Positions 28,301 to 39,014 of a stretch of DNA of 40,803 bases are shown piece after piece. The first letter of the stretch is position 1. Each line of letters opens with the position of its first letter. The translations under genes and the position numbers were made by a program. Below the pieces are notes generated by a model. It saw only the letters and a program-made list of their open reading frames with translations. It was not told where the DNA came from and searched no databases. The DNA lies in NCBI GenBank assembly GCA_045120555.1, contig JBGVEZ010000153.1:1-40803 (forward strand), given 5' to 3'. This DNA is from Eubacteriales bacterium. GTDB lineage: Bacteria > Bacillota > Clostridia > Oscillospirales > CAG-272.

Positions 28301-28651
28301 TCAGTCTTCCTCAACAAGTGTGATTATAGCCATCTCAGCTGCATCGCCTCTACGGGGACCGAGCTTGTAAATGCGGGTGTAACCGCCGTTACGGTTCTCG
28401 TACTTGGGAGCGATTTCAACGAAGAGCTTCTTAGCTACATCTTCCTTTGTTATATATGCAAGTGCCTGACGGTAGCTTGCGAGAGTGTTCTTCTTGCCGA
28501 GAGTGATCATCTTTTCAGCAACAGAACGAACTTCTTTAGCTCTTGTAAGGGTGGTCTCAACCTTACCCTCTTCCAGCAGATATGTTACAAGGCCTCTGAG
28601 CATTGCTTTTCTGTGAGCGCTTGTTCTGCCGAGTTTTCTGGTTCCGGGCAT
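28301..28651 (-). CDS. rplQ: 50S ribosomal protein L17
   Basis: [23 protein letters not shown]..; follows rpoA. Confidence 0.95.
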   Translation of the reverse strand: MPGTRKLGRTSAHRKAMLRGLVTYLLEEGKVETTLTRAKEVRSVAEKMITLGKKNTLASYRQALAYITKEDVAKKLFVEIAPKYENRNGGYTRIYKLGPRRGDAAEMAIITLVEED

Positions 28652-28701
28652 TATAAATTCCCTCCTTCTGTAGGATTAGCTTTATTTTCAGTGTGGTGTT
28701 A

Positions 28702-29667
28702 TCAGTCTTCTTCTTTTCTGAGCTCGAGGCCGAGATTGTGAAGAGTGTTGATAACGTCTTCGAGAGATTTCTTACCGAGGTTACGAACCTTGATCATCTC
28801 ATCTTCTGTTTTATTTATAAGGTCCTCTACCGTATCAATACCTGCTCTCTTGAGGCAGTTAAAGCTACGAACGGACATGCTAAGTTCTTCAATGGGCATC
28901 TCAAGAACCCTGTCACGCTTGGTTTCTTCGCGTTCAACAAGGACCTCGGTCTTCTTTGCTTCGTCGCTGAGCTCGACGAACAAATTGAGATGTTCAGTGA
29001 GAAACTTTGCGCCAAGGGAAATTGCTTCCTTAGCGGAAATCGTACCGTTGGTCTTAACTTCAATCGTAAGCTTATCGAAGTTGGTATTATTACCTACGCG
29101 GGTATTTTCAACCTCGTACTTTACGTTATATACGGGAGTATATATTGAGTCAGTGAAAATGGTTCCGAGTATTGCATCGTAGCCAAGCTCGCTGTAGTTA
29201 CGCTTATTGACGTCTGCTCCGTCATAGCCTCTGCCTCTGCCGAATTCAAACTCAATATAGAGCTTGACGTCGCCTTCAAGAGTTGCAAGGTGATGATCGG
29301 GATTGATGATCTCAAGGTCGAAGTCTGTCTTGATGTCGCCTGCGGTTACTTCACCGGGGCCTGTAACGTCAAGGATCGCCTTCTTATGAGGTACGCCATG
29401 AAGCTTTGCAACGATTCCCTTGATATTGAGTACCATTTCCGTAACGTCTTCTCTGACGCCCTCGATGTGCGAGAATTCATGCTGAACACCGTTGATACGG
29501 ATGTTAGTTACTGCACAACCGGGAAGCGAGTTGAGGAGAACGCGGCGAAGCGAGTTACCGAGAGTCTGACCGTAGCCTCTTACGAGGGGCTCAACTACAA
29601 ATACGCCGCAGTTACCGTCTTCGGAAATATCTACTGATTTTATATTGGGCTTCTCTATCTCTATCAT
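28702..29667 (-). CDS. rpoA: DNA-directed RNA polymerase alpha subunit
   Basis: [10 protein letters not shown]...[18 protein letters not shown]-type N-terminal domain and a C-terminal domain ..[13 protein letters not shown].. The start ATG at 29667 lies 11 nt after AAGGAG. Confidence 0.95.
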   Translation of the reverse strand: MIEIEKPNIKSVDISEDGNCGVFVVEPLVRGYGQTLGNSLRRVLLNSLPGCAVTNIRINGVQHEFSHIEGVREDVTEMVLNIKGIVAKLHGVPHKKAILDVTGPGEVTAGDIKTDFDLEIINPDHHLATLEGDVKLYIEFEFGRGRGYDGADVNKRNYSELGYDAILGTIFTDSIYTPVYNVKYEVENTRVGNNTNFDKLTIEVKTNGTISAKEAISLGAKFLTEHLNLFVELSDEAKKTEVLVEREETKRDRVLEMPIEELSMSVRSFNCLKRAGIDTVEDLINKTEDEMIKVRNLGKKSLEDVINTLHNLGLELRKEED

Positions 29668-29752
29668 TCCAAATAACACTCCTTATCTGTTTTTTATAAT
29701 GTTTACGTGTAAGGTTGCCGATAGTTTAAATGCCGTTTGGCGCGCTATCGTA

Positions 29753-30379
29753 TTACTTGGAATAAAGCTCGACGATAAGCTGCTCCTCGAACGGGAATTC
29801 GATGTCCTCTCTCTTAGGCATAGCAGTTACCTTAGCAGTGAAGCCGTCCTCGGAAACTTCGAGCCATACGGGAGATTCCTGTCTCTTAACTTCAGCAAGT
29901 TCCTTGAACTTAACGCTGTTGCGGCTGTTTTCCTTAACAACGATAACGTCGCCGGGCTTAACGAGAAGCGAGGGGATGTTTACGTTCTTGCCGTTAAGAG
30001 TAAAGTGTGCGTGAAGAACGAGCTGACGAGCTTCCTTTCTTGTAGAAGCCATACCCATTCTGTAAACTACGTTGTCGAGGCGGCGCTCAAGAAGAACGAG
30101 GAGGTTTTCACCTGTGATGCCTTCTTTTCTCTCAGCTTCTGCGAAGTAGTTAGCGAACTGCTTTTCGAGAACACCGTAGTATCTCTTAGCCTTCTGCTTT
30201 TCGCGGAGCTGTCTGCCGTATTCTTTTGTCTTCTTTGCTGCAGCTGCACCGTGCTGACCGGGAGCACTCTTTCTTCTGTCAAGTGCGCACTTGCCGGACA
30301 TACATCTATCGCCCTTGAGGTAAAGCTTAACGCCTTCTCTACGGCAGAGTCTGCATACGGGACCTGTGTATCTAGCCAT
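29753..30379 (-). CDS. rpsD: 30S ribosomal protein S4
   Basis: [26 protein letters not shown]... includes the Zn-ribbon Cys set. Confidence 0.95.
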   Translation of the reverse strand: MARYTGPVCRLCRREGVKLYLKGDRCMSGKCALDRRKSAPGQHGAAAAKKTKEYGRQLREKQKAKRYYGVLEKQFANYFAEAERKEGITGENLLVLLERRLDNVVYRMGMASTRKEARQLVLHAHFTLNGKNVNIPSLLVKPGDVIVVKENSRNSVKFKELAEVKRQESPVWLEVSEDGFTAKVTAMPKREDIEFPFEEQLIVELYSK

Positions 30380-30400
30380 TTTAATATGCCTCCTTTAAAA

Positions 30401-30796
30401 TTATACGCGTCTGCGCTTAGGCGGTCTGCAACCGTTGTGCGGAATAGGAGTTACGTCCTTGATGAGAGTGATCTGAAGACCAACTGTCTCAAGCGCACGA
30501 ATTGCGGATTCTCTTCCTGAGCCGGGACCCTTTACGAAAACCTCAACCTTCTTAAGACCATGTTCCATAGCGAGCTTTGCTGCTGTTTCGGAAGCTGTCT
30601 GTGCTGCGAAGGGAGTGGACTTACGGGAGCCCTTGAAGCCGAGTTCGCCTGCGGATGCCCAAGAGATTGCGTTACCCTTAGCATCTGTGATTGTAATAAT
30701 TGTGTTGTTGAAAGTAGACTGAATGTGTACTGCACCCTCTTCGATGTTCTTACGTTCGCGTCTCTTCTTAACAACTTTCTTTGCGACTTTTGCCAT
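30401..30796 (-). CDS. rpsK: 30S ribosomal protein S11
   Basis: ..[36 protein letters not shown].. Confidence 0.95.
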   Translation of the reverse strand: MAKVAKKVVKKRRERKNIEEGAVHIQSTFNNTIITITDAKGNAISWASAGELGFKGSRKSTPFAAQTASETAAKLAMEHGLKKVEVFVKGPGSGRESAIRALETVGLQITLIKDVTPIPHNGCRPPKRRRV

Positions 30797-30811
30797 CTTA
30801 CCTATGCTCCT

Positions 30812-31180
30812 TTACTTCTTCTTGTTAGCAATGGTCTTTGCGGGACCCTTTCTGGTTCTCGCGTTTGTCTTTGTTCTCTGTCCTCTTACGGGAAGACCTT
30901 TTCTGTGTCTGATACCTCTGTAGCAGTTGATCTCTACGAGACGCTTGATGTTAAGCTGAACGTCTCTGCGAAGGTCACCTTCAACAGTGTATTCATTTTC
31001 GATTACGTCACGGAGCTTAGCAACCTCATCTTCGGTAAGGTCCTTAGCACGTGTATCGGGGTTTACACCTGTCTTTGCGAGGATATCGTTTGCGCTCTTG
31101 CGACCAATACCGTAAATGTATGTGAGTGCAATTTCAACGCGCTTCTGATTCGGAATATCAACACCAGCTATACGAGCCAT
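30812..31180 (-). CDS. rpsM: 30S ribosomal protein S13
   Basis: [26 protein letters not shown].. Confidence 0.95.
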   Translation of the reverse strand: MARIAGVDIPNQKRVEIALTYIYGIGRKSANDILAKTGVNPDTRAKDLTEDEVAKLRDVIENEYTVEGDLRRDVQLNIKRLVEINCYRGIRHRKGLPVRGQRTKTNARTRKGPAKTIANKKK

Positions 31181-31222
31181 TCTGTTATTTCCTTTCTTGT
31201 TATAAAAATTTAGAGTTTAAGC

Positions 31223-31336
31223 TCAACCCTGCTTCTGCTTATGCTTGGGGTTTTCGCAGATGACCATAACGCGGCCATGTCTTTTGATGATCTTGCACTT
31301 TTCGCAGATCTTTTTAACGGATGGTTTAACCTTCAT
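31223..31336 (-). CDS. rpmJ: 50S ribosomal protein L36 (zinc-binding form)
   Basis: Below the ORF-track size cutoff. My translation is [37 protein letters not shown] (37 aa), located between infA and rpsM. Confidence 0.9.
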   Translation of the reverse strand: MKVKPSVKKICEKCKIIKRHGRVMVICENPKHKQKQG

Positions 31337-31359
31337 TGTATGTCACCATGCCTTTCGTA

Positions 31360-31581
31360 TTATTTAGAGCGCCAGGTTATTCTGCCCTTTGTGAGGTCGT
31401 AAGCAGAAACCTCAACAGTGACTGTGTCACCCGGCAATATGCGGATATAGTTCATTCTGAGCTTTCCGGAGATATGCGCCGTTACGATATGTCCATTGGG
31501 AAGCTGAACCTTGAAGGTTGCGTTAGGAAGTGTTTCCACTACCTTGCCTTCGAATTCTATTACGTTTTCGTCCTTAGCCAA
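31360..31581 (-). CDS. infA: Translation initiation factor IF-1
   Basis: (M)[44 protein letters not shown].. The likely start is the TTG at 31581, 8 nt after AAGGAGG. The longer ORF-track version has no RBS and would overlap the end of map. Confidence 0.9.
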   Translation of the reverse strand: MAKDENVIEFEGKVVETLPNATFKVQLPNGHIVTAHISGKLRMNYIRILPGDTVTVEVSAYDLTKGRITWRSK

Positions 31582-31613
31582 AGCTATTTCCTCCTTAATA
31601 ACATAAATATGAG

Positions 31614-32387
31614 TTAACAATTAAACGGGTAATCCTTTTCGATAAGGGTGAGTATCTCAACACCGTTATCGGTCAGTGCGACGGTGTTCTCGTAGTGAGC
31701 CGAGAGCGACTTGTCGACTGTTTTGACCGTCCATCCATCGGGAAGGACGTATACGTTTCCGCTTCCGATATTGACCATCGGCTCGATTGCCAGGGTCATA
31801 CCCTCGGAAAGACGGACTCCTCTGCCGGGGCGACCGAAGTTCGGGACCTCAGGACTTTCGTGAAGCTGCTCACCGATGCCGTGACCAACGAATTGAGTCA
31901 CGATTCCGTAGCCGTTCTGCGCGATATGCTCACCGATTGCCGAGCACACGTCACCGAGGCGGTTACCGAGCTGCATTTTTTCAAGTCCTTTGTAGAAGCT
32001 TTCTCGTGTTACCGAGATAAGTCTTTCTGCGTCCTTTGTGATCTTACCGACCGGGAAGGTTCTTGCCGAGTCGCCGTGGAAGCCCTTATAGTAGGCACCG
32101 ACGTCGATCTTAACGATATCGCCTTCCTTGAGGATAATACGCTTATTGGGAATTCCGTGGATCACCTCGTCGTTGACGCTTATGCAAGCGCTTGCGGGGA
32201 AGCCGCTGTAATTCAGGAATGACGGTCTTGCCTTGCAGGCAATGATGTAATCGTGAATTATCTTATCGAGCTCATAGGTTGAGACACCGGGCTTCACAGC
32301 ATCGCGGGCTTTAAGAAGAGCCTCACCGGTAATTCTGCCGGCATCTCTCATTCCCGCCAACTGCAAGGGATTTTTGATTGGTATCAT
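31614..32387 (-). CDS. map: Methionine aminopeptidase, type I
   Basis: Metal ligands are in context: ..[22 protein letters not shown].., ..FVGHGIG.., ..LAIEPM.. Confidence 0.93.
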   Translation of the reverse strand: MIPIKNPLQLAGMRDAGRITGEALLKARDAVKPGVSTYELDKIIHDYIIACKARPSFLNYSGFPASACISVNDEVIHGIPNKRIILKEGDIVKIDVGAYYKGFHGDSARTFPVGKITKDAERLISVTRESFYKGLEKMQLGNRLGDVCSAIGEHIAQNGYGIVTQFVGHGIGEQLHESPEVPNFGRPGRGVRLSEGMTLAIEPMVNIGSGNVYVLPDGWTVKTVDKSLSAHYENTVALTDNGVEILTLIEKDYPFNC

Positions 32388-32390
32388 ATT

Positions 32391-33026
32391 TTACGCCTCT
32401 TTGAGAGCCTTGAAGACGAGGGCGGTTGTATCCTCCACCTTTTCGCAGCCGTGAACGGTTACGAGAAGACCCTTTGCGGAGTAGAACTCCTTAAGAGGCT
32501 CTGTCTGTGCGTGGTAGATAGCGAGTCTGTCCTTAACGGTTTCTTCGTTATCGTCCGCACGGATAGTGAGAGCTGCGCCACAAGTGTCGCAAATGCCCTC
32601 TGCCTTGGGAGGATTGTATTTTGTGTGGAAGGTTGCACCGCACTTGGGGCAAACTCTTCTTCCGCTCATTCTTTCGATGATAGTTTCATCTTCAACCTCG
32701 ATGGAGAGAACGACGTCGAGCTTAACGCCCATTGCGTCGAGAGCCTCTGCCTGAGGAATCGAGCGGGGGAAACCGTCGAGGATGTAGCCGTTAGCCTGCT
32801 CGTCTGCGGAGAGGTAATCAGCGACCATACCGATAACGATCTCATCGGGAACAAGGTGACCCTTGTCCATATATTCTTTTGCTTTAACGCCGAGTTCAGT
32901 GCCTTCGCTCACGTTCTTACGGAGGATGGCTCCGGTACTCAGGGTAGGAATGTTGAATTCCTTAGCGATTTTCTCTGCCTGAGTACCTTTACCTGCACCG
33001 GGCGCACCGAGAAGAATTAACTTCAT
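32391..33026 (-). CDS. adk: Adenylate kinase (zinc-lid form)
   Basis: MKLILLGAPGAGKGTQA is the P-loop. The lid carries CPKCG...CDTCG. Confidence 0.95.
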   Translation of the reverse strand: MKLILLGAPGAGKGTQAEKIAKEFNIPTLSTGAILRKNVSEGTELGVKAKEYMDKGHLVPDEIVIGMVADYLSADEQANGYILDGFPRSIPQAEALDAMGVKLDVVLSIEVEDETIIERMSGRRVCPKCGATFHTKYNPPKAEGICDTCGAALTIRADDNEETVKDRLAIYHAQTEPLKEFYSAKGLLVTVHGCEKVEDTTALVFKALKEA

Positions 33027-33041
33027 GTGTGCCTCCTGTTC

Positions 33042-34436
33042 TTACTTAGAAGAGGTTTTATCGTCGGTTGTTCCTTCTGTAGCCTTAGCTCTCTTGCTTC
33101 TGCGTCCGCCCTCGAGGAGTCCGCGAGTCTGGCGGTTGCTGCTGTAGTTACGAACTGCGATCTGGCTTTCAAGGCTTCTTTCAACCTCCTGGATAACGCC
33201 GATGATGATAAGGAGCGAAGATCCGGAGAATGCGAAGTTCTGAAGAGCTGTGTAGTTGCAGAACGAAGCTACCATGTTAATGAGCATGGGGAAGCAAGCG
33301 ATAAATCCGAGGAAGAATGCACCGATAAGAGTTACACGGTTAAGAACCTTCTTGAGGTACTTGTAAGTGGGCTTACCGGGACGTCTGCCTGCGATAGAAC
33401 CACCCTGCTGCTGAATGTTGTTTGCAACCTCAACAGGGTCGAAGGAGATAAGAATATAGAAGTAGGAGAAGCCTACTATAAGAAGAAGGAATACAAGGAT
33501 GTAAAGGAGAGAATTGTAGTTGAATATCTCTGTTACAGTCTGGAGCCACTTAGCCTTCGGGAAGAAGGAAGCGATCGTTGCGGGGATAGATGCGATCGAG
33601 CTTGCGAAGATGATCGGCATAACGCCTGCCATGTTCAGCTTGAGGGGGAGGTCATTGGACTGACCGCCGTACATCTTACGACCTACAACGCGCTTTGCGT
33701 AGTTGACCTTGATTCTTCTTTCGGAGTTTGTTATCCAGATAGAGAGGATAACAGTTGCAATGATTACTGCGATCATGAATACTGCAACGAGGCATCCGAC
33801 CCAAGAGAAGGAGTCGAGAGTGCTCATCGGGAATACCATGAAGAAGAGGTTTGTAAACATGGAGGGGAGACCTGCGATGATACCTGCAAAGAGGATGATC
33901 GAGATACCGCTTCCCACGCCGTTGGAGTTGATCTTCTCAGCGAGCCACATTACGAGAGCTGCGCCTGCGGTATAAATTGCAACCATAACCAGCTTACCGA
34001 ACCAGTTGACATCCTTAACAAGCATGCCGTAGGATTCGAGGATGGTTGTGTAACCTATCGCTGTGATTACAGCGAGGAGAACAGTTACGATTCTTGTCCA
34101 CATGTTAAGCTTCTTCTTGCCGGCTTCGTCCTTACCGAGAGCACCGATGGAGTTCGGGAAGGCAACGCCGAGGAGCTGCATAACGATGGATGATGTGATA
34201 TAGGGGGATACGGAGAGAGCGAAGAGTGTTGCCTGTCCGAATGCGTCGTTGAGGGAGCCCATGTAAGCGAGGATAGAGCCCTGTGTGCTGTACTGGAACT
34301 GCTCCATAGCATCCTTAGCTACGTAAGGAACCGGGATGCTTGCGCCGATTCGGAAGAGCACGATGATCAGAAGAGTAAAGAGAAGCTTTGTACGAAGTTC
34401 TGTATTCTTCCAAGCATTCTTGAATGTCTGAAACAT
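33042..34436 (-). CDS. secY: Preprotein translocase subunit SecY
   Basis: The start was set at the ATG at 34436 (MFQTFKNAWKNTELRTKLLFTL..), 1 nt after the rplO stop. Ten hydrophobic segments. A basic C-terminal extension of about 30 aa follows ..LESQIAVRNY. Confidence 0.93.
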   Translation of the reverse strand: MFQTFKNAWKNTELRTKLLFTLLIIVLFRIGASIPVPYVAKDAMEQFQYSTQGSILAYMGSLNDAFGQATLFALSVSPYITSSIVMQLLGVAFPNSIGALGKDEAGKKKLNMWTRIVTVLLAVITAIGYTTILESYGMLVKDVNWFGKLVMVAIYTAGAALVMWLAEKINSNGVGSGISIILFAGIIAGLPSMFTNLFFMVFPMSTLDSFSWVGCLVAVFMIAVIIATVILSIWITNSERRIKVNYAKRVVGRKMYGGQSNDLPLKLNMAGVMPIIFASSIASIPATIASFFPKAKWLQTVTEIFNYNSLLYILVFLLLIVGFSYFYILISFDPVEVANNIQQQGGSIAGRRPGKPTYKYLKKVLNRVTLIGAFFLGFIACFPMLINMVASFCNYTALQNFAFSGSSLLIIIGVIQEVERSLESQIAVRNYSSNRQTRGLLEGGRRSKRAKATEGTTDDKTSSK

Positions 34437-34437
34437 C

Positions 34438-34881
34438 TTACTCCACCTCAGTCTTTCCACCTGCTGCTTCTATCTTTTCCTTAGCGGTTGCAGAAAAGAC
34501 TGCCGCTTTAACGGTTAATGCTTTGCTGATCTCACCGTTACCGAGGACCTTAACGCCGTCAAGCTCCTTCTTGATGAGGCCTGCTGCCTTGAGAGCTGCG
34601 AGGTCAACGACCGCACCGTTCTCGAACTTTTCATTGAGAGCTGCTACGTTTACGATTGCGTAGTTAGTAGCAAACTTGTTGTTAAAGCCTCTCTTAGGAA
34701 GCTTTCTGTAAAGCGGAATCTGTCCGCCTTCAAAACCGGGTCTTACACCGCCGCCGGAGCGAGCATTCTGACCCTTATGACCCTTACCTGCGGTCTTACC
34801 GTTACCGGAACCGGGGCCTCTTCCTTTTCTGTAGGAAGACTTTACGGAACCCGCTGCGGGCTGAAGTTCATGAAGCTTCAT
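34438..34881 (-). CDS. rplO: 50S ribosomal protein L15
   Basis: [38 protein letters not shown].. Confidence 0.95.
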   Translation of the reverse strand: MKLHELQPAAGSVKSSYRKGRGPGSGNGKTAGKGHKGQNARSGGGVRPGFEGGQIPLYRKLPKRGFNNKFATNYAIVNVAALNEKFENGAVVDLAALKAAGLIKKELDGVKVLGNGEISKALTVKAAVFSATAKEKIEAAGGKTEVE

Positions 34882-34901
34882 ATAAAATTCCTCCTTACAA
34901 A

Positions 34902-35075
34902 TTAAACGTTCTCAACCTTGAGAAGGTGAGCGAGAACTTTGATTTTACCTGCTGTGCAAGCGTCGTCAACGAGGGTAATGCTGTCTCCGAGCTTCTTGAG
35001 GCCGAGAGATGCAGCAGTTGCCTTCTGAGCAGGCTTAGCACCGATAAGGCTCTTTACGAGAGTAAGTTTCTTCAT
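34902..35075 (-). CDS. rpmD: 50S ribosomal protein L30
   Basis: Below the ORF-track size cutoff. My translation is [57 protein letters not shown] (57 aa), located between rpsE and rplO. Confidence 0.9.
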   Translation of the reverse strand: MKKLTLVKSLIGAKPAQKATAASLGLKKLGDSITLVDDACTAGKIKVLAHLLKVENV

Positions 35076-35090
35076 TGATCGTTACCCCCC

Positions 35091-35597
35091 TTATGCCTGA
35101 ATGTCTTCTTCGCTGATTCCGCGGATTGCTGCTACTTCAGCTGCGGAGCGAAGTGTCTTAAGACCTTCCATTGTTGCCTTAACAACGTTGGTAGGATTGT
35201 TGGAACGGAGGCACTTTGCACGAACGTTCTTAATACCTGCGCATTCAAGAACAACTCTTACCTTACCACCTGCGATGATACCTGTACCGGTGGAAGCGGG
35301 CTTGAGAAGTACTCTGCCTGCACCGAACTCACCGAGGATCTCGTGGGGAATGGTGTCGCCCTTGAGCGGGATTTCGAACATATTCTTCTTTGCGTCTTCG
35401 ATACCTTTGCGAATAGCCTCGGGAACTTCTGCAGCCTTACCGAGACCTACGCCAACGTGTCCGTTGCCATCGCCTACTACCATGAGTGCTGCGAAACGAG
35501 CGATACGGCCACCCTTGACTGTCTTCGATACACGGTTCAGTGCTACAAGCTCTTCTCTGAGCTCGGTTGCAGCACCGGGATTGAATTTTGTTGCCAT
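35091..35597 (-). CDS. rpsE: 30S ribosomal protein S5
   Basis: ..[38 protein letters not shown].. Confidence 0.95.
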   Translation of the reverse strand: MATKFNPGAATELREELVALNRVSKTVKGGRIARFAALMVVGDGNGHVGVGLGKAAEVPEAIRKGIEDAKKNMFEIPLKGDTIPHEILGEFGAGRVLLKPASTGTGIIAGGKVRVVLECAGIKNVRAKCLRSNNPTNVVKATMEGLKTLRSAAEVAAIRGISEEDIQA

Positions 35598-35659
35598 ATT
35601 AATTATTCTCCTGATATTTGTTCAATTAGTTAATTTGAACAGCGTACAAACCGGAAAAA

Positions 35660-36019
35660 TCAGAACTTGAGGCCGCCCTCGCGAGCGCCTTCAGCCAATT
35701 CCGATACGCGTCCGTGATAGAGATAGCCGCCGCGGTCGAAAACGACTTCGGTAACACCCTTATCCATAGCGCGCTCTGCTACGAGCTTGCCAATCTTCTT
35801 TGCTGCTTCCTTATTGGAGCCGATTCCTTCAAATCCTGCTTCGTAAGTGGAAGCTGCTGCAAGTGTAACGCCTGCTACATCGTCGATAACCTGCGCAGAA
35901 ATGTGTGCGTTGGAACGATATACAGCAAGACGAGGTCTTTCAGCTGTGCCGCTGATCTTGCCTCTGACTCTTGTATGTCTCTTAAGACGAGCGAGGTTTT
36001 TATCCTTCTTAGATACCAT
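35660..36019 (-). CDS. rplR: 50S ribosomal protein L18
   Basis: ..[39 protein letters not shown].. Confidence 0.95.
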   Translation of the reverse strand: MVSKKDKNLARLKRHTRVRGKISGTAERPRLAVYRSNAHISAQVIDDVAGVTLAAASTYEAGFEGIGSNKEAAKKIGKLVAERAMDKGVTEVVFDRGGYLYHGRVSELAEGAREGGLKF

Positions 36020-36037
36020 TTGCGTTTGCCTCCTTTA

Positions 36038-36577
36038 TTATTTACCGGTCTTTCCGGCCTTGCGGCGGATTCTTTCATCGGCATACTTAACACCCTTGCC
36101 GTGGTACGGTTCAGGCGGTCTCTTGCCTCTGATTACTGCTGCTGTTTCACCGACAAGCTGCTTGTCGATACCCTTAACGATGATGGTGTTTGCATCGGGA
36201 GCCTCAAAGGTGATACCTTCAACAGGCTCAACAATGATGGGATGAGAATAGCCGAGACCGATGTTGAGGTTCTTGCCCTGAAGAGCAACTCTGTAACCAA
36301 CACCTACGATTTCGAGCTTCTTCTGATAGCCCTCTGTTACACCAACAACCATGTTGTTTATGAGAGCTCTGTAAAGACCGTGAAGGCTTCTGTCTTCCTT
36401 GTCTTCGCTGTGACGCTCAACGTAGATTACGTTGCCGTCAACCTTGACTGTGATCTTGGGGTTTACAGCCTGTGTAAGTTCGCCCTTGGGTCCCTTTACT
36501 GTTACAACGTTCTCAGCGGAAACTGTAACTGTGACGCCTGCGGGAACGGTAATCGGCATTCTACCAATTCTTGACAT
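36038..36577 (-). CDS. rplF: 50S ribosomal protein L6
   Basis: MSRIGRMPITVPAGVTVTV..LEIVGVGYRV.. Confidence 0.95.
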   Translation of the reverse strand: MSRIGRMPITVPAGVTVTVSAENVVTVKGPKGELTQAVNPKITVKVDGNVIYVERHSEDKEDRSLHGLYRALINNMVVGVTEGYQKKLEIVGVGYRVALQGKNLNIGLGYSHPIIVEPVEGITFEAPDANTIIVKGIDKQLVGETAAVIRGKRPPEPYHGKGVKYADERIRRKAGKTGK

Positions 36578-36592
36578 AGTTCGTTACCTCCC

Positions 36593-36991
36593 TTACCATA
36601 CGAAGCAGAGAACTTCGCCGCCAACGTTCTCCTTGCGTGCCTGCTTATCGGTCATAACACCCTTGGATGTAGAAACGATAGCAACACCGAGACCGTTCAT
36701 TACCTTAGGCATATCTTCGCAGGAAGCGTAGATACGAAGGCCGGGCTTGGATACTCTCTTGATGCCGCGGATAACCTTCTGCTTACCCTGAGCATACTTC
36801 AACTGGATTCTGATAATGCCCTGCTTGCCGTCCTCAACTACCTCGTAGGACTTGATATAGCCCTCATCGAGAAGGATCTGAGCAATGGACTTCTTCATTT
36901 TGGACGCCGGAACATCAACGCTCACGTGCTTTGCATTGTTTGCGTTACGGATTCTTGTGAGCATATCGGCGATTACATCTGACATTTGCAT
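36593..36991 (-). CDS. rpsH: 30S ribosomal protein S8
   Basis: [22 protein letters not shown].. AAGGAGG lies 9 nt upstream of the ATG. Confidence 0.95.
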   Translation of the reverse strand: MQMSDVIADMLTRIRNANNAKHVSVDVPASKMKKSIAQILLDEGYIKSYEVVEDGKQGIIRIQLKYAQGKQKVIRGIKRVSKPGLRIYASCEDMPKVMNGLGVAIVSTSKGVMTDKQARKENVGGEVLCFVW

Positions 36992-37209
36992 ATTATTTTT
37001 CCTCCTTATGCAAGTTATAATTTATCTTGCTGCCGGGAACCTCCCCCGGCGGCGTGCCGTCGGTTAAAGAACTGTTTTATCTCCGTGCCTTTTTGGCTAA
37101 AAAACCTCAGCGCCCAATCTACGGGCTGCCGGGGCATGGAGGGAAGATCCTCCACGCATTCTTTCCTTACGGCAGTTTGGAGCTGAATTAGAAATTGAGA
37201 GTTGGCGTC
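36992..37209 (-). other. Atypical 218-nt GC-rich structured spacer inside the spc operon (between rpsN and rpsH)
   Basis: Every other junction of the ribosomal string in this window is between -1 and 85 nt. The spacer contains the nested hairpin CUGCCG..[GCGUGGAGG-aucuuc-CCUCCAUGC]..CGGCAG (37126-37175), a GC hairpin followed by U6 (U-tract at 37099-37104), the hairpin GCCGGG-ggagguu-CCCGGC (37032-37050), and a direct repeat GCTGCCGGG at 37029 and 37125. Confidence 0.6.
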
Positions 37210-37395
37210 TTACCAGCTTGCCTTCTTAACACCGGGGATCTGACCCTTGTAAGCAAGCTCTCTGAAGCAGATACGGCAGATACCGTACTTGCGCATGTAA
37301 GCATGAGGACGACCGCAGATCTTGCATCTGTTGTATTCTCTTGTGGAGAACTTCTGTGTCTTCTGCTGCTTATTGATCATAGATTTCTTTGCCAT
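37210..37395 (-). CDS. rpsN: 30S ribosomal protein S14, type Z (zinc-binding, 61 aa)
   Basis: [61 protein letters not shown], with CxxC...CxxC. Confidence 0.95.
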   Translation of the reverse strand: MAKKSMINKQQKTQKFSTREYNRCKICGRPHAYMRKYGICRICFRELAYKGQIPGVKKASW

Positions 37396-37408
37396 AGTGT
37401 TACTCTCC

Positions 37409-37948
37409 TCAGTTTGCGAACGGAGCGCCGAGAAGCTTAATAAGCTCTCTTGCTTCTTCGTCTGTGTTTGCTGTGGTTACGAAGCAGATGTCCATACCAC
37501 GAATCTTGTCGATCTTATCGTACTCGATTTCGGGGAATATAAGCTGTTCCTTGAGACCGAGTGCGTAGTTACCTCTTCCGTCGAACGCGTTGCGGTTGAT
37601 ACCCTTGAAGTCACGTACGCGGGGGAGAGCGAAGTTGAAGAGCTTGTCAACGAACTCGTACATGATGTCGCCGCGGAGTGTTACCTTTGCGCCGATCTTC
37701 ATGCCTTCACGAAGCTTGAAGTTAGCTACGGACTTATGTGCGTAAGTGGGAACTGCCTTCTGACCTGTGATGAGTGTGAGCTCGCCGATTACTGTGTCGA
37801 TAACCTTGGAGTTATCCTTTGCGTCGCCGCAGCCGACGTTGATAACGATCTTGTCGAGCTTGGGGATCTGCATTACGCTCTTATATTCGAATTTCTTCAT
37901 GAGAGCAGGAGCGATTTCTGCTGTATAGAGTTCTCTAAGTCTTGCCAT
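37409..37948 (-). CDS. rplE: 50S ribosomal protein L5
   Basis: [37 protein letters not shown].. Confidence 0.95.
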   Translation of the reverse strand: MARLRELYTAEIAPALMKKFEYKSVMQIPKLDKIVINVGCGDAKDNSKVIDTVIGELTLITGQKAVPTYAHKSVANFKLREGMKIGAKVTLRGDIMYEFVDKLFNFALPRVRDFKGINRNAFDGRGNYALGLKEQLIFPEIEYDKIDKIRGMDICFVTTANTDEEARELIKLLGAPFAN

Positions 37949-37962
37949 TATCTTACTCCTCC

Positions 37963-38304
37963 TCAGTTGAACTTATGGCCGCACTTTGCGCAAACACGAA
38001 CCTTTGCGCCGTCAACCACTTCATTGTGGGTTCTTACACCCTTCTTGCATTCGGGGCAGTAGAGAGCAACCTTGCAAGCGTAGAGAGCGCCTTCGGTCTC
38101 AACGATGCTGCTTGCCTCACCCTGTCTGCGTGCCTTAACGTGCTTCTTGATCACGTTAGCGCCCTCAATGATAACCTTGCCTTCCTTGGGGGAAACTGCG
38201 ATTACCTTGTGGGTCTTAACCTTACCGTTTTCGTCCTTCTTGTACTTGTACTGACCTGTAAGAAGAACAACTTCATCACCGGTTTTGATAACTGTTTTGC
38301 TCAT
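37963..38304 (-). CDS. rplX: 50S ribosomal protein L24 (with a C-terminal CxxC...CxxC)
   Basis: KOW region [15 protein letters not shown]; the C-terminus reads [32 protein letters not shown]. Confidence 0.93.
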   Translation of the reverse strand: MSKTVIKTGDEVVLLTGQYKYKKDENGKVKTHKVIAVSPKEGKVIIEGANVIKKHVKARRQGEASSIVETEGALYACKVALYCPECKKGVRTHNEVVDGAKVRVCAKCGHKFN

Positions 38305-38318
38305 TATTCTTCCTCCAA

Positions 38319-38687
38319 TTAAAGTACTTCGGGAGCGAGGGAGAGGATCTTAAGGTAGTCCTTCTCACGAAGCTCTCTTGCCACAGGGCCAAAAATACGG
38401 GTTCCTTTGGGGTTCTTATCTTCTTTAATGATTACCGCGGAGTTTTCGTCGAACTTGATGTAAGAGCCGTCAGCGCGCTTAACGCCCTTCTTGCTTCTTA
38501 CGATAACGGCCTTAACGACCTCGCCCTTCTTAACAACTCCACCGGGTGCTGCCTTCTTAACGGTAGCAACTACAACGTCGCCGATGTTTGCGTATCTACG
38601 GCCTGTACCGCCAAGAACGCGAATGCACATCAGTTCCTTAGCACCGGTGTTATCGGCAACCTTCATCATGGATTGCTGCTGTATCAC
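38319..38687 (-). CDS. rplN: 50S ribosomal protein L14
   Basis: [27 protein letters not shown].. Confidence 0.95.
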   Translation of the reverse strand: MIQQQSMMKVADNTGAKELMCIRVLGGTGRRYANIGDVVVATVKKAAPGGVVKKGEVVKAVIVRSKKGVKRADGSYIKFDENSAVIIKEDKNPKGTRIFGPVARELREKDYLKILSLAPEVL

Positions 38688-38748
38688 TTTAAATTCCTCC
38701 TGAATTCAATACGATTTTTGACGTATTTACTGTTATTTGATGGATGGA

Positions 38749-39003
38749 TTATTTAGCCTTTTCGATAATCTCAACAAGTCTCCATCTCTTTGTCTTGGAG
38801 AGGGGTCTTGTTTCCATTATCTCGACTGTATCACCGATTCCGCATTCGTTCTTCTCATCGTGAGCGTAAACCTTAAGAGTACGCTTGATGATCTTGCCGT
38901 ATGTCGGATGCTTTACGTTGTCCTCGATTGCTACGACGATAGTCTTGGACATCTTGTCGCTTACAACCTTACCAACACGAGTTTTTCTGAGATTTCTTTC
39001 CAT
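38749..39003 (-). CDS. rpsQ: 30S ribosomal protein S17
   Basis: ..[40 protein letters not shown].. Confidence 0.95.
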   Translation of the reverse strand: MERNLRKTRVGKVVSDKMSKTIVVAIEDNVKHPTYGKIIKRTLKVYAHDEKNECGIGDTVEIMETRPLSKTKRWRLVEIIEKAK

Positions 39004-39014
39004 TGTGGACCTCC

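Noticed and set aside
33027-34193. 388-aa + strand ORF, plus similar long + strand ORFs at 29645-30520, 35714-36574 and 39632-40555
   Set aside because: Each lies exactly antisense to highly conserved genes (secY, rpsD/rpsK, rplR/rplF, rpsC). They have no RBS and show Cys/Leu/Ser/Val-rich nonsense-like composition. They are shadow ORFs of the real - strand genes.
36986-37186. 66-aa + strand ORF inside the rpsN-rpsH spacer
   Set aside because: There is no SD in front of it, and it overlaps the rpsH start on the opposite strand. Its Pro/Cys/Arg/Ser-rich composition is what GC-rich non-coding DNA gives when translated. The region is better explained as structured RNA.
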